DNA of 64,000 bases. Source: an uncultured Clostridia bacterium. Lineage in GTDB: Bacteria; Bacillota; Clostridia; Lachnospirales; CAMVHY01. The notes beneath the pieces were generated by a model. The model was not told the DNA's origin, searched no databases, and worked only from the letters and a program-made list of their open reading frames with translations. The stretch lies in contig CANEHT010000005.1 of assembly GCA_947427385.1 (NCBI GenBank), forward strand, positions 3,347 to 67,346. The letters are read 5' to 3'. The translations under genes and the position numbers were made by a program. Of this stretch, positions 41,118 to 50,714 are shown piece by piece (position 1 is the stretch's first letter; each line of letters opens with the position of its first letter).

Positions 41118-41190
41118 ATACCTTTTTTCTCAAAATATTTATTAGCCGTATGAAATTTTTAAAATTTTATTTGAAAGAGAGATAATAACA

Positions 41191-42195
41191 ATGATAATTA
41201 TATTAAAAAATAATACTTCCCTGGAACAGCAAAATAATTTAATTCAATGGATAGAAAATCTTGGACTTACTGTCCATTTGTCAAAGGGAAAATTTCATAC
41301 AATAATTGGATTAATTGGCGATACTTCATGCCTAGATATCGATTTGATTTCTTCTCTTAATATTGTAGATTCTGTCGAACGAGTTATGGATCCTTTTAAA
41401 TTGAGTAATCGTAAATTCCACCCTGAAGATACAGTAATTCAAATAGGTAATGTAAAAATTGGTGGCGGAAATTTTTGTATGATTGCAGGACCTTGCTCAG
41501 TTGAAACTGAAAAACAAATTCTTAATATTGCAAAAGTAGTTAAAAATGCAGGGGCAAATATGTTACGTGGCGGTGCTTTTAAACCACGTACTTCGCCCTA
41601 TGACTTCCAAGGTTTAAAAGAAACAGGTATAGAATTATTAAAAATTGCACGAAGTGAAACAGGTTTACCAATTGTTTCAGAATTAATGAATGCTAATGAT
41701 TTACCACTATTTGAAAATATAGATGTTATTCAAATTGGTGCACGAAATATGCAAAATTTTGATTTACTAAGAGAAATTGGTAAGCTTCATAAACCAATTT
41801 TATTAAAACGTGGCTTAGCTAATACTATAAAAGAATTAATTATGAGTGCAGAATATATTATGGCTGGTGGTAATGAACAAGTTATTTTGTGCGAACGTGG
41901 GATACGCACATTTAGTGATTACACTCGCAATACATTAGATTTGGCAGCAATACCTATGTTGCATGAACTTTCTCATCTACCAGTTATTGTTGACCCAAGT
42001 CATGCAACAGGAATTGCACGACTTGTACCACCAATGGCTTACGCGGCAACAGCTTGTGGAGCTGACGGATTAATTATCGAAGTACATAATGATCCGATAC
42101 ATGCATTTTGTGACGGTGCACAATCACTAAAACCTGAACAATATGTTGAACTTGCACAAAAAATTAAGCAAATCAGAAATGTATTACAAAAATGA
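41191..42195 (+). CDS. aroF: 3-deoxy-7-phosphoheptulonate (DAHP) synthase, type I-beta, with an N-terminal ferredoxin-like regulatory domain
   Basis: Catalytic core (GPCSVE, KPRTSPY.FQG, DPSH) preceded by a ~65-aa extra domain, as in the Thermotoga-type enzyme. Confidence 0.92.
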   Translation: MIIILKNNTSLEQQNNLIQWIENLGLTVHLSKGKFHTIIGLIGDTSCLDIDLISSLNIVDSVERVMDPFKLSNRKFHPEDTVIQIGNVKIGGGNFCMIAGPCSVETEKQILNIAKVVKNAGANMLRGGAFKPRTSPYDFQGLKETGIELLKIARSETGLPIVSELMNANDLPLFENIDVIQIGARNMQNFDLLREIGKLHKPILLKRGLANTIKELIMSAEYIMAGGNEQVILCERGIRTFSDYTRNTLDLAAIPMLHELSHLPVIVDPSHATGIARLVPPMAYAATACGADGLIIEVHNDPIHAFCDGAQSLKPEQYVELAQKIKQIRNVLQK

Positions 42196-42275
42196 TAAGA
42201 AATTATATTACAGCGTATAAAATAGCGTTAAAAAATGAAGATGTATCATAATAAAAAAAAGGAGATAGATAATTT

Positions 42276-43334
42276 ATGAAAAAAATCCATATCAATGCTT
42301 CAAAATCTTATGATGTATTAATTAAACGTGGAGCTATCGAACAAATAGGTACATTAATTGCAAACGTTACAAATACACGTAAAGCAGTAATTATATCAGA
42401 TGATATCGTATTTGCATTGTACGGCACGATAGTTGAACAATCACTTAAATCTGTAGGATTTGATACCGTTTCAATAACATTTCCGGCAGGTGAAAATTCT
42501 AAAAATTTAACTGTTTACGAAGAAATTTTAAATTTTCTCTGTGAAAAACATATTACACGAAGTGATATTTTAATTGCACTTGGTGGCGGAGTAACAGGTG
42601 ATTTAACAGGATTTATTGCAGCAACTTATTTACGTGGTATTGATTATATTCAAATTCCTACTACATTACTTGCGGCAGTTGATTCATCAGTTGGTGGTAA
42701 AACAGCAGTTAATCTTGATAGTGGTAAAAATCTTGTTGGTTGTTTTTATCAGCCATTACTTGTTGCGTGCGACCCTAATGTTTTTACAACACTTCCAAAT
42801 GAAATTTATATTGACGGTTGTGCGGAGGTAATAAAATATGGAATGATTGGCAATTTAAATTTTTTAAGAAGATTATCAGAAATACCTGTTAGCCAACAAT
42901 TTGAAGATGTAATTGAAACTTGTGTCACAATGAAACGTGATATTGTTCAAAGTGATGAGTTTGACCGTGGTAAACGACAACTTTTAAATTTTGGACATTC
43001 TTTTGGCCATGCAATTGAAAAGTGTAGTCAATTTACAATTTCACATGGTAAAGCTGTTGCAATTGGTATGGCAATAGTAACTCAAGCTTCTGTTTCATTA
43101 GGATTTTGCGATGAATCTGTTCTTAATGAGTTATTAAAAATTCTTGAGCAATATGGTTTACCAACTGTTGTACCGTATTCGATAGATATTCTTTATGCGT
43201 CAATATTATCAGATAAAAAAATTAGCCAAAATACAATAAATTTGATTGTACCGCAACAAATTGGTAAATGTCGTATTGAAAAAATTTTAACTAAAGACTT
43301 AAAAAAATGGCTAAAGCATGGAGGTGTTAAATGA
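42276..43334 (+). CDS. aroB: 3-dehydroquinate synthase
   Basis: Contains GGGVTGDLTGF and the metal-binding residues (H..GHA.E). Confidence 0.93.
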   Translation: MKKIHINASKSYDVLIKRGAIEQIGTLIANVTNTRKAVIISDDIVFALYGTIVEQSLKSVGFDTVSITFPAGENSKNLTVYEEILNFLCEKHITRSDILIALGGGVTGDLTGFIAATYLRGIDYIQIPTTLLAAVDSSVGGKTAVNLDSGKNLVGCFYQPLLVACDPNVFTTLPNEIYIDGCAEVIKYGMIGNLNFLRRLSEIPVSQQFEDVIETCVTMKRDIVQSDEFDRGKRQLLNFGHSFGHAIEKCSQFTISHGKAVAIGMAIVTQASVSLGFCDESVLNELLKILEQYGLPTVVPYSIDILYASILSDKKISQNTINLIVPQQIGKCRIEKILTKDLKKWLKHGGVK

Positions 43335-43445
43335 GTATCATATTAAAATATACGAACAGATGCTTCACAAATTTCTGATTTAATACCAACTTTAAGTATT
43401 ATTGTGGCCGTCTCAAAAAAAAGTAAAATTATAAATGCACAGTAA
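43331..43445 (+). pseudogene. aroA: Remnant of the EPSP synthase gene
   Basis: An ATGA start overlaps the aroB stop (MSIILKYTN...). A second-frame fragment, TDASQISDLIPTLSIIVAVSKKSKIINAQ*, matches the AroA 'D..PD.iP.la..A....G.t.I.nA' segment that precedes the KESDR motif. Only ~115 nt remain where ~1.3 kb is expected. Confidence 0.55.
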
Positions 43446-43467
43446 TAACAAAAATGAGGAATAAGAT

Positions 43468-44544
43468 ATGAGCAGTAGTTTTGGAACTGATTTACGTATT
43501 ACAATTTTTGGCCAATCACATTCTACAGCAATTGGTGTAATTATTGAAGGAATAGCTGCTGGCGAAAAAATTGATATGGAACAGTTACAGGAATTTATGA
43601 ATCGTCGTGCGCCAGGAAAAAATTTTTATTCAACTACCAGAGTTGAGACAGATACACCTGAATTTTTATCGGGATTAAAAAATAATTATACTTGTGGAAC
43701 GCCAATTGCCGTATTAATACATAATAAAAATATACGTTCAAGTGATTACAATATATTTGCAGAAGTTCCACGACCTGCACATGTTGATTTTACAATGCAA
43801 ATGAAATTTGGTGGATATCAGGATTTTGCAGGTGGCGGCCATTTTTCAGGTAGATTAACAGCTCCATTATGTGTTGCAGGTGGAATTTGTATGCAAATTT
43901 TAGTACGGCATAAAATTTCTATTTTTTCACGTATTGCATCAATTGGTGGAATTGAGGATAAAAAACCACTTACTGTTTCTACCGCACAAAAAAAATTCCC
44001 TGTTATTGATGATGAAATTGGTAAGCAAATGTTGGATTGCATAGTAGCGGCACGTAACGATGGTGATTCAGTTGGCGGTATTATTGAGTGTAATGTGTTT
44101 GGACTTCAAGCTGGACTTGGTGACCCAATTTTTGATGTAATGGAAAATCGAATTGCTAAAATTATTTTTGGGATTCCTGCAGTTAAAGGTATTGAATTTG
44201 GTGATGGTTTTAAACTTGCAAAAATGCGAGGTAGTCAGGCTAATGACCAATTTACTGTACAAAATAAAAAAATTGTGACAAAAACTAATCATTGTGGTGG
44301 AATTTTAGGTGGGATTACAAATGGTATGCCACTCAATTTTAAGGTAGCAATTAAACCTACGCCATCAATTGCACGAGAGCAGGAAAGTGTTAATTTAAAA
44401 ACGTTAAAACCAACAAAAATTAATATTTATGGACGACATGATCCATGTATTGTTCCAAGAGCTGTACCATGTGTTGAAGCCGCTACTGCTGTTGCCATAT
44501 ATGATGCTTTTTTAAGTGCGAAAAAATATTTTAATTTGGAGTGA
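43468..44544 (+). CDS. aroC: Chorismate synthase
   Basis: N-terminal FGQSHS motif, ~358 aa, and the conserved RHDPC motif. Confidence 0.95.
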   Translation: MSSSFGTDLRITIFGQSHSTAIGVIIEGIAAGEKIDMEQLQEFMNRRAPGKNFYSTTRVETDTPEFLSGLKNNYTCGTPIAVLIHNKNIRSSDYNIFAEVPRPAHVDFTMQMKFGGYQDFAGGGHFSGRLTAPLCVAGGICMQILVRHKISIFSRIASIGGIEDKKPLTVSTAQKKFPVIDDEIGKQMLDCIVAARNDGDSVGGIIECNVFGLQAGLGDPIFDVMENRIAKIIFGIPAVKGIEFGDGFKLAKMRGSQANDQFTVQNKKIVTKTNHCGGILGGITNGMPLNFKVAIKPTPSIAREQESVNLKTLKPTKINIYGRHDPCIVPRAVPCVEAATAVAIYDAFLSAKKYFNLE

Positions 44545-44550
44545 AATAGA

Positions 44551-44820
44551 ATGGATTTACAAAATTTTCGGCAAAAAATTAACAAAATTGATGAACAAAT
44601 GATACAGCTTTTTAAAGAACGAATGACAATAGTAGCAAAGATTGCGGCGTATAAAAATAAATATAATCTACCTATTCTTAACGCTCAGTATGAACATGAA
44701 AAATTACAGGAAATCGCACAAAAATTACCGCTTGAACTAAAAAATTATGCCCAATCATTTTATAATGTAATTTTTGAAATCAGTCGTGACTATCAAAAAA
44801 TTTTGACGGAGAAAAATTAA
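44551..44820 (+). CDS. Chorismate mutase, monofunctional AroQ class
   Basis: 89 aa with the CM_2 helix pattern (R..I..ID..i..L...R). Confidence 0.8.
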   Translation: MDLQNFRQKINKIDEQMIQLFKERMTIVAKIAAYKNKYNLPILNAQYEHEKLQEIAQKLPLELKNYAQSFYNVIFEISRDYQKILTEKN

Positions 44821-44825
44821 TTTCT

Positions 44826-46046
44826 ATGAAAATATTTGGATTATTGGGTAAAAAACTTGTACATAGCTATTCGCCACAAATTCATGCACAATTTGGTAAC
44901 TACATTTATAAATTGTTTGAGTGTAGCGAAGAAAATTTAGAAAGTTTTATCAGAAATGGACAATTTAACGGTCTAAATGTAACAATTCCATATAAAAAAG
45001 AAATAATAAAATTTTGCGATGAACTTTCTCCTATTGCACAAAAAATTGGTAGTGTAAATACTATTATTCGTCATGAAAATGGTAATTTGTACGGTGATAA
45101 TAGCGATTTTTTCGGATTTTCATATATCCTTGACAAAAGTGGTGTTAGTGTTGCAGATAAAAAAACATTAGTATTAGGAAACGGTGGTGCATCAGCTGCT
45201 GTTTGTGAAGTTTTATCTCAACGTGGTGCAAATGTAACTGTAATTTCACGTAATGGAAAAAATAATTATGACAACATTTCACAACATATGGATGCAAAAA
45301 TAATTGTAAATACTACACCTGTTGGAATGTATCCCAATAACGGTGATTCACTGATAAATCTTGAAAAATTTCTTCATTGTGAATGTGTATTTGATATTAT
45401 TTATAATCCTAATAAAACAAAATTACTTTTACAGGCCGAAAAATTAAATATTAAACATATTGATGGATTTGCAATGTTAGTCGCACAGGCAAAGTATAGT
45501 TCTGAACTATTTCAAAATCATAAAATTGATGCTCAAGTAATTGAAAAAATTACGCGCAAACTATCTTTTTCAATGCAAAATATTGTATTGATTGGAATGC
45601 CGGGTTGCGGTAAATCTACAATTTCTAAATTACTGCATAATGAAACAAAACGAATATGTATTGACTCTGATTTATTAATTGAGCGTCAAGTAGGTTGTTC
45701 AATATCAGAAATTTTTGTACAAAATGGTGAGGAAACTTTTCGAAATCTTGAAAGTAAAGTACTTGAAAAATTGGGGAAGCAATCAGCACAAATTATTGCT
45801 ACAGGTGGAGGTAGTGTGCTTCGAGAGCAAAATTATTTATCATTGCACCAAAATGGTATTATTTTTTGGTTGCAAAGAGATACGAAAAAATTATTACGTG
45901 ATGGGCGACCAATTTCACTTAAAAGAAATATGGATGAACTTTTTATGCAACGTCAGCCACTTTATTATTATTTTGCTGATTATATCATTGATAATAACGG
46001 TACGCCTGAGCAAGCAGTTAAAAAAATTTTGGAGGTAATTTCATGA
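44826..46046 (+). CDS. aroE: Bifunctional shikimate dehydrogenase / shikimate kinase fusion
   Basis: The N-terminal ~250 aa resembles AroE (SYSP.IH, NVTIPYK, GNGGAS). The C-terminal ~155 aa resembles AroK, with P-loop GMPGCGKST. Confidence 0.88.
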   Translation: MKIFGLLGKKLVHSYSPQIHAQFGNYIYKLFECSEENLESFIRNGQFNGLNVTIPYKKEIIKFCDELSPIAQKIGSVNTIIRHENGNLYGDNSDFFGFSYILDKSGVSVADKKTLVLGNGGASAAVCEVLSQRGANVTVISRNGKNNYDNISQHMDAKIIVNTTPVGMYPNNGDSLINLEKFLHCECVFDIIYNPNKTKLLLQAEKLNIKHIDGFAMLVAQAKYSSELFQNHKIDAQVIEKITRKLSFSMQNIVLIGMPGCGKSTISKLLHNETKRICIDSDLLIERQVGCSISEIFVQNGEETFRNLESKVLEKLGKQSAQIIATGGGSVLREQNYLSLHQNGIIFWLQRDTKKLLRDGRPISLKRNMDELFMQRQPLYYYFADYIIDNNGTPEQAVKKILEVIS

Positions 46047-46477
46047 AAATTTTAGTGATAAATGGTCCGAATATTAACTTGCTTGGACTCCGTGAAACAA
46101 ATATTTATGGTGTACAAAATTATCAGGCATTATTAAACTTCATAAATGAAAGTGCAATAGAAATTGGTGTTGAAGTTGAATGTTTTCAATCAAATCATGA
46201 AGGTATGATTGTGGATAAAATTCAGGTAGCTTACAATAATTTTGACGGAATTATAATAAATCCTTCTGCCTATACGCATACAAGTATTGCTATTTTGGAC
46301 GCACTTAAAGCGGTATCAATTCCTACAGTTGAAGTACATATTTCAAATATTAATGAACGTGAAAATTTTCGTCAGATATCTTATACACAATTAGCATGTA
46401 TAAAAACAATTATTGGTTTAGGATTTGAAAGCTACCGGCAGGCAATTTTATTTTTAAAGCAATATTTAGAAAGTTAA
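46043..46477 (+). CDS. aroQ: 3-dehydroquinate dehydratase, type II
   Basis: Contains INGPNINLLG.RE..IYG and HISN. It overlaps the previous gene by 4 nt. Confidence 0.93.
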   Translation: MKILVINGPNINLLGLRETNIYGVQNYQALLNFINESAIEIGVEVECFQSNHEGMIVDKIQVAYNNFDGIIINPSAYTHTSIAILDALKAVSIPTVEVHISNINERENFRQISYTQLACIKTIIGLGFESYRQAILFLKQYLES

Positions 46478-46556
46478 ATTTCTTTGTCATTTTGATATTA
46501 AAAAATAGAAAAAAATGTTCCAAAAAATTATCTTAATTTTTGTGAACATTTTCTTT

Positions 46557-47363
46557 TTATTTCATAAATTTTTCACGTAATACATCAAAAAAACTTAGCG
46601 ATTCTATTTTTATAATCTTAGCAGAAAAATTTGAACGTTTAATAATAATATCATTTTCAGCTGGTAAATTTTTTTGACCGTCAAAAATTATTTTCACATT
46701 GTCAAATTTACTTTTTATCGAAATTTTTATCTCATCATTGTCAGAAATTATTATCGGTCGTGAATATAAAGTATGTGGACAAATTGGCGTGAGAACAAAA
46801 ACAGGTAAAGTTGGTTTGATAATTGGACCGCCTGCCGATAAATTATAAGCTGTTGAACCCGTCGGCGTCGAAACAATTAAACCATCAGCTTTATAATTCC
46901 CAACAAAATCATTGTTGACAAATAAATCAAAACAAATCAAGCGTGCCTCAAATGATTTCCCAATACAAATATCGTTTAACGCAACATTATTTTTTAACTG
47001 AAGCATGGAACGTTTTTCAATCGTGTAATGTTTGCTTAACAAATTATTTATTGCCAAGAAAACATTTTTTTTTTCAGCGCCAGTAAGAAATCCGAGATGT
47101 CCAAAATTTATACCAAAAATCGGTTTGTCAAATTTCGCATACTTACGTGCGGCATAAAGTAAAGTTCCATCGCCACCAAATGTTAAAATATAATCTGTGT
47201 CTGCTATTTTTTTTTCATCAAGTAAAAAATTTTTATCTTTGGCAATTTCAAAATCTGAAGAAAAAACTTGACATTTTCTTTGTCGCAAATATTTTACAAT
47301 TTCGTTTGTAAATTCAAAAATATTTTCTTTGTGCGCATTTAATTCTAAAATTATGTTTGGCAT
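46557..47363 (-). CDS. nadK: NAD kinase
   Basis: Contains the GGDGT motif (FGGDGTLL) and a C-terminal beta-sandwich domain. Confidence 0.9.
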   Translation of the reverse strand: MPNIILELNAHKENIFEFTNEIVKYLRQRKCQVFSSDFEIAKDKNFLLDEKKIADTDYILTFGGDGTLLYAARKYAKFDKPIFGINFGHLGFLTGAEKKNVFLAINNLLSKHYTIEKRSMLQLKNNVALNDICIGKSFEARLICFDLFVNNDFVGNYKADGLIVSTPTGSTAYNLSAGGPIIKPTLPVFVLTPICPHTLYSRPIIISDNDEIKISIKSKFDNVKIIFDGQKNLPAENDIIIKRSNFSAKIIKIESLSFFDVLREKFMK

Positions 47364-47365
47364 TT

Positions 47366-49288
47366 TTAAGTCTCCAAAATTTCAATAATTTTGTCGTATA
47401 TACTTTGCGGATCCATTTTATATTGACGTAATAATTCCAAACGAGTCCCCTGCTCTACAAATTCATCGGGAAAAGCAAATGAATAAAAATTTTTAAATTT
47501 GATATTAAAATTTTTTGCGGCATCAAATAAATTTTGCGCAAATCCACCAATTCTTACATTTTCTTCAGCACAAAAAATATAATCATATTTACAAAGTTCT
47601 AAAATAGTTTCTTTATCAATCGGTTTTGCAAAGCGTGCATTAACAAATCCGGGATTATAATTTTCATTTTGAAAGCGTTCAAAAACTTCAAACATTTCGT
47701 CAGTCATCGAGCCAAATGCAACAAACACAAATTTCTCACCGCTATGAATTATTTCTGCGCGACCTAAAATAATTTTTTCATTAAAATCGCGTAAAACACG
47801 TGATGCCGAACCACGCGGATATCTGATTGCAATTGGTCCATTATGTTTTACGGCGAATTCAAGCATATTTATCAATTCAAATTTATTTTTGGGCGACATT
47901 ATTGTCATATTTGGAATGTGACTCAAAAATGAAATGTCAAAAAGTCCTTGATGTGTTTCGCCATCATTGCCAACAATTCCACACCGGTCAATAGCAAAAA
48001 TCATATGCAAATTTTGGAGACATACATCATGCAAAATTTGGTCGTATGCACGCTGTAAAAATGAAGAATATATCGCAACAATAGGAATGAAATTATTTTT
48101 TGCAAGCCCGGCAGCAAACGTTACTGCATGTTCTTCGGCAATCCCAACGTCTATCACACGTTTGGGATATTTTTTTTGAAAAGCACTAAGCCCTGTACCA
48201 TTTGGCATTGCAGCGGTAATCGCTATTATTTTTTTATTTTCGTCCGCAAGTTTTAAAATTGCTTTACCAAATACATCGGAATATGAATCCCAAATTTTTG
48301 TCTGCAAAGTTAAACCCGTATCGATATCGAAAGCTTCCGTACCATGAAATTTTGTCGGTTCATTCTCCGCTTTTTCGTATCCCTTTCCCTTTACCGTCTT
48401 CACATGAATAAGAATCGGCCCGGAAATTTTTTTGGTCGTATTTAAAACTTGAATCAATTTTTCAATATTATGGCCATCAATTGGACCTATGTATTTAAAT
48501 CCAAGCTGCTCAAAAATTATGTCGGGATATATAAAATATTTTATGCTGCCAGTTGTTTTGCCAATAATTTTTTTTATATTTCCACCAAGAAGCGGAATTT
48601 TTTCTAGCAAATTATTTAAATCTTCTTTGGTATTTAAATATAATGGTTGAGTGCGTAAATCGCTTAAATGTTTTGACAATGCACCGACATTTTCCGAAAT
48701 TGACATTTGATTATCATTTAAAATTACAATTATGTTTGTATTTTTTTTGCCCGCATTATTCAGTGCTTCATAAGCAAGTCCGCCCGTCATAGCTCCATCA
48801 CCAATTATGGCAACAACATGATAATTTTCATCATTCAAATCACGACTGATACAAAATCCAAGAGCGGCCGAAATTGATGTTGAACTATGTCCAACATTAA
48901 AAGCATCATGAATACTTTCACGCGATTTTGGAAATCCGCTTAAACCTTTGTATTGCCGTAGCGAATCAAATTGATTTTTGCGGCCAGTTAAAATTTTATG
49001 AGTATAAGTTTGATGACCGACATCAAAAATAAATTTGTCAATCGGTGAATCAAAAACATAATGCAACGCAATTGTCAATTCTACAACGCCTAAATTTGAA
49101 GCAAGATGTCCACCGGTTTGCGAAATTTTTTGAATCAAAAACTTTCGAATTTCCACCGCCAATTCATTTAGCGAATTAATATCCAATTTTTTTAAATCTG
49201 CCGGCGTATTTATTTTATCGAGATAACTCAAAAAATCATCTTCTTTCGAAAAATCAACCAAATAAACATTTGTAAGCCAAAGCGACAA
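47366..49288 (-). CDS. dxs: 1-deoxy-D-xylulose-5-phosphate synthase
   Basis: TPP motif IGDGAMTGG and transketolase-like domains. The start is uncertain: the TTG at 49231 would give the typical MSYLDKINTPADLKKL N-terminus and remove the overlap with the upstream gene. Confidence 0.93.
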   Translation of the reverse strand: MSLWLTNVYLVDFSKEDDFLSYLDKINTPADLKKLDINSLNELAVEIRKFLIQKISQTGGHLASNLGVVELTIALHYVFDSPIDKFIFDVGHQTYTHKILTGRKNQFDSLRQYKGLSGFPKSRESIHDAFNVGHSSTSISAALGFCISRDLNDENYHVVAIIGDGAMTGGLAYEALNNAGKKNTNIIVILNDNQMSISENVGALSKHLSDLRTQPLYLNTKEDLNNLLEKIPLLGGNIKKIIGKTTGSIKYFIYPDIIFEQLGFKYIGPIDGHNIEKLIQVLNTTKKISGPILIHVKTVKGKGYEKAENEPTKFHGTEAFDIDTGLTLQTKIWDSYSDVFGKAILKLADENKKIIAITAAMPNGTGLSAFQKKYPKRVIDVGIAEEHAVTFAAGLAKNNFIPIVAIYSSFLQRAYDQILHDVCLQNLHMIFAIDRCGIVGNDGETHQGLFDISFLSHIPNMTIMSPKNKFELINMLEFAVKHNGPIAIRYPRGSASRVLRDFNEKIILGRAEIIHSGEKFVFVAFGSMTDEMFEVFERFQNENYNPGFVNARFAKPIDKETILELCKYDYIFCAEENVRIGGFAQNLFDAAKNFNIKFKNFYSFAFPDEFVEQGTRLELLRQYKMDPQSIYDKIIEILET

Positions 49289-49685
49289 CTATTCCTAAAA
49301 TTGCGCCACTAATAACTTCAATCGGACTATGTCCCAACAATTCTTTTAAACGTCCGTCAATTTTTATCCCTTGATTTTCTATGTTTTCGATAATTATGTT
49401 AATAACTGCTGCATGTTCTCCGGCCGCACGTCGAACTCCAGCTGCATCATACATTACAATAAAACTAAAAACCAAACACACGGCAAACAAATTTGACTCA
49501 AAACCATCAGTCAAACCTACTGACATTGTAAGTGCGGAAACAAATGCGCTGTGAGAGCTCGGCATTTTTCCTGAACTAAAAAATAATCCCAAATCAACTT
49601 TTTTAGTTTGTAAATAATATAGAAGAACTTTTAGAAACTGAGCAGCGAACCAAGCTGAAGCACAAATCCAAAATATTGAGGACAT
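49254..49685 (-). CDS. Divergent PAP2 / DUF212 family membrane protein
   Basis: Contains GKMPSSHSAF and GHSP.EV motifs and four TM segments. Confidence 0.75.
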   Translation of the reverse strand: MSSIFWICASAWFAAQFLKVLLYYLQTKKVDLGLFFSSGKMPSSHSAFVSALTMSVGLTDGFESNLFAVCLVFSFIVMYDAAGVRRAAGEHAAVINIIIENIENQGIKIDGRLKELLGHSPIEVISGAILGIVVALAYKCLFG

Positions 49686-49696
49686 ATTGATTCCTC

Positions 49697-50509
49697 CTAA
49701 TTTTTACGCTCAAGAATATTTTTTACAAGATACTTAAAAAAATCATATTGTCCATCAAATTTTTCAATATCGGAATAGATTTCATCAGCTAAATTGTTAA
49801 AGATATCTTGCGATTTTTCCAAACCATACATTTTAAAATAAGTCATTCTTTCCTCATCTTTATCCAAAATATCATCTTTAATTTGAAAAGCCAGACCCAA
49901 TTTATTTCCCAACGCTGAAAAATTTTTCAACACATTTTTGTTCTCACCAGACAATATAATTCCCGCTTCAAGGCTTGCACGAATCAGCGCTGCTGTTTTA
50001 TTCAAGTGAATTTGTCTAAGTTCATCAGTTGTAATAATTTTTGATTCAAGCTCAAGCACCTGACCTTTTATCATTCCATTTATGCCGGCAGCATTAAAAA
50101 TTTTTTTTGCAGCATTAAAAAATTTTGGCTCATCGAGAACAATTTCACAAGCCAATGTTAAAAGCGCATCGCCAACTAAAATAGCAACGGCTTCACCAAA
50201 TTTTTTATGGCAAGTCAAAATCCCGCGTCGATAGTCATCATTATCCATTGCGGGCAAATCATCATGCACCAGCGAATAATTATGGATAAACTCAATTGCG
50301 CAAGCAAATGGTAAAGCTGTTTGTAAATTTTTACTGACAGATAACAAAAGTAGAGGACGAATTCTTTTGCCGCCGCTCATCATACAATAATGCATTTGGC
50401 GATAGAGAACAAAAGAATCGTCCAGGTAAGATTCAATTTTTTCATTAATAAGGTTAATATAATCGGAAGTTTTTTTTTGGAAATCCAAATTATTCGTCAC
50501 CTTCATCAA
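49697..50509 (-). CDS. ispA: Polyprenyl (farnesyl/geranylgeranyl) diphosphate synthase
   Basis: Two Asp-rich motifs (HDDLPAMDNDDYRRG and KDDILD). Confidence 0.9.
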   Translation of the reverse strand: MMKVTNNLDFQKKTSDYINLINEKIESYLDDSFVLYRQMHYCMMSGGKRIRPLLLLSVSKNLQTALPFACAIEFIHNYSLVHDDLPAMDNDDYRRGILTCHKKFGEAVAILVGDALLTLACEIVLDEPKFFNAAKKIFNAAGINGMIKGQVLELESKIITTDELRQIHLNKTAALIRASLEAGIILSGENKNVLKNFSALGNKLGLAFQIKDDILDKDEERMTYFKMYGLEKSQDIFNNLADEIYSDIEKFDGQYDFFKYLVKNILERKN

Positions 50510-50714
50510 AATTTTTCAATGAGAAATCATTTTCGAGGCGCATAACTTTTTGTTGGGCGCTGTCAATTTTATTTGAACAATCATTAATCAATTTTAAGCC
50601 TTCTTCATATAAATTCAGGGATTCATTGAAATCTGCATCTTCAATTTGTTCAATAATTTGATCGATACGCGCGAGTGAATCCTCAAAATTTTTTTTACGC
50701 GCCAAATAAATCAC
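50490..50714 (-). CDS. xseB: Exodeoxyribonuclease VII small subunit
   Basis: 74 aa, helical, immediately downstream of and overlapping xseA. Confidence 0.88.
   Translation of the reverse strand: MIYLARKKNFEDSLARIDQIIEQIEDADFNESLNLYEEGLKLINDCSNKIDSAQQKVMRLENDFSLKNFDEGDE

Noticed and set aside
40965-41120. A T-box riboswitch upstream of aroF, because TGGTAC occurs in the terminator stem
   Set aside because: The leader is only ~145 nt. It has no recognisable Stem I, specifier loop or AGAGA/GNUGGA elements, and the conserved T-box sequence (AA..GGGTGGTACCGCG) is absent beyond the 6-mer.
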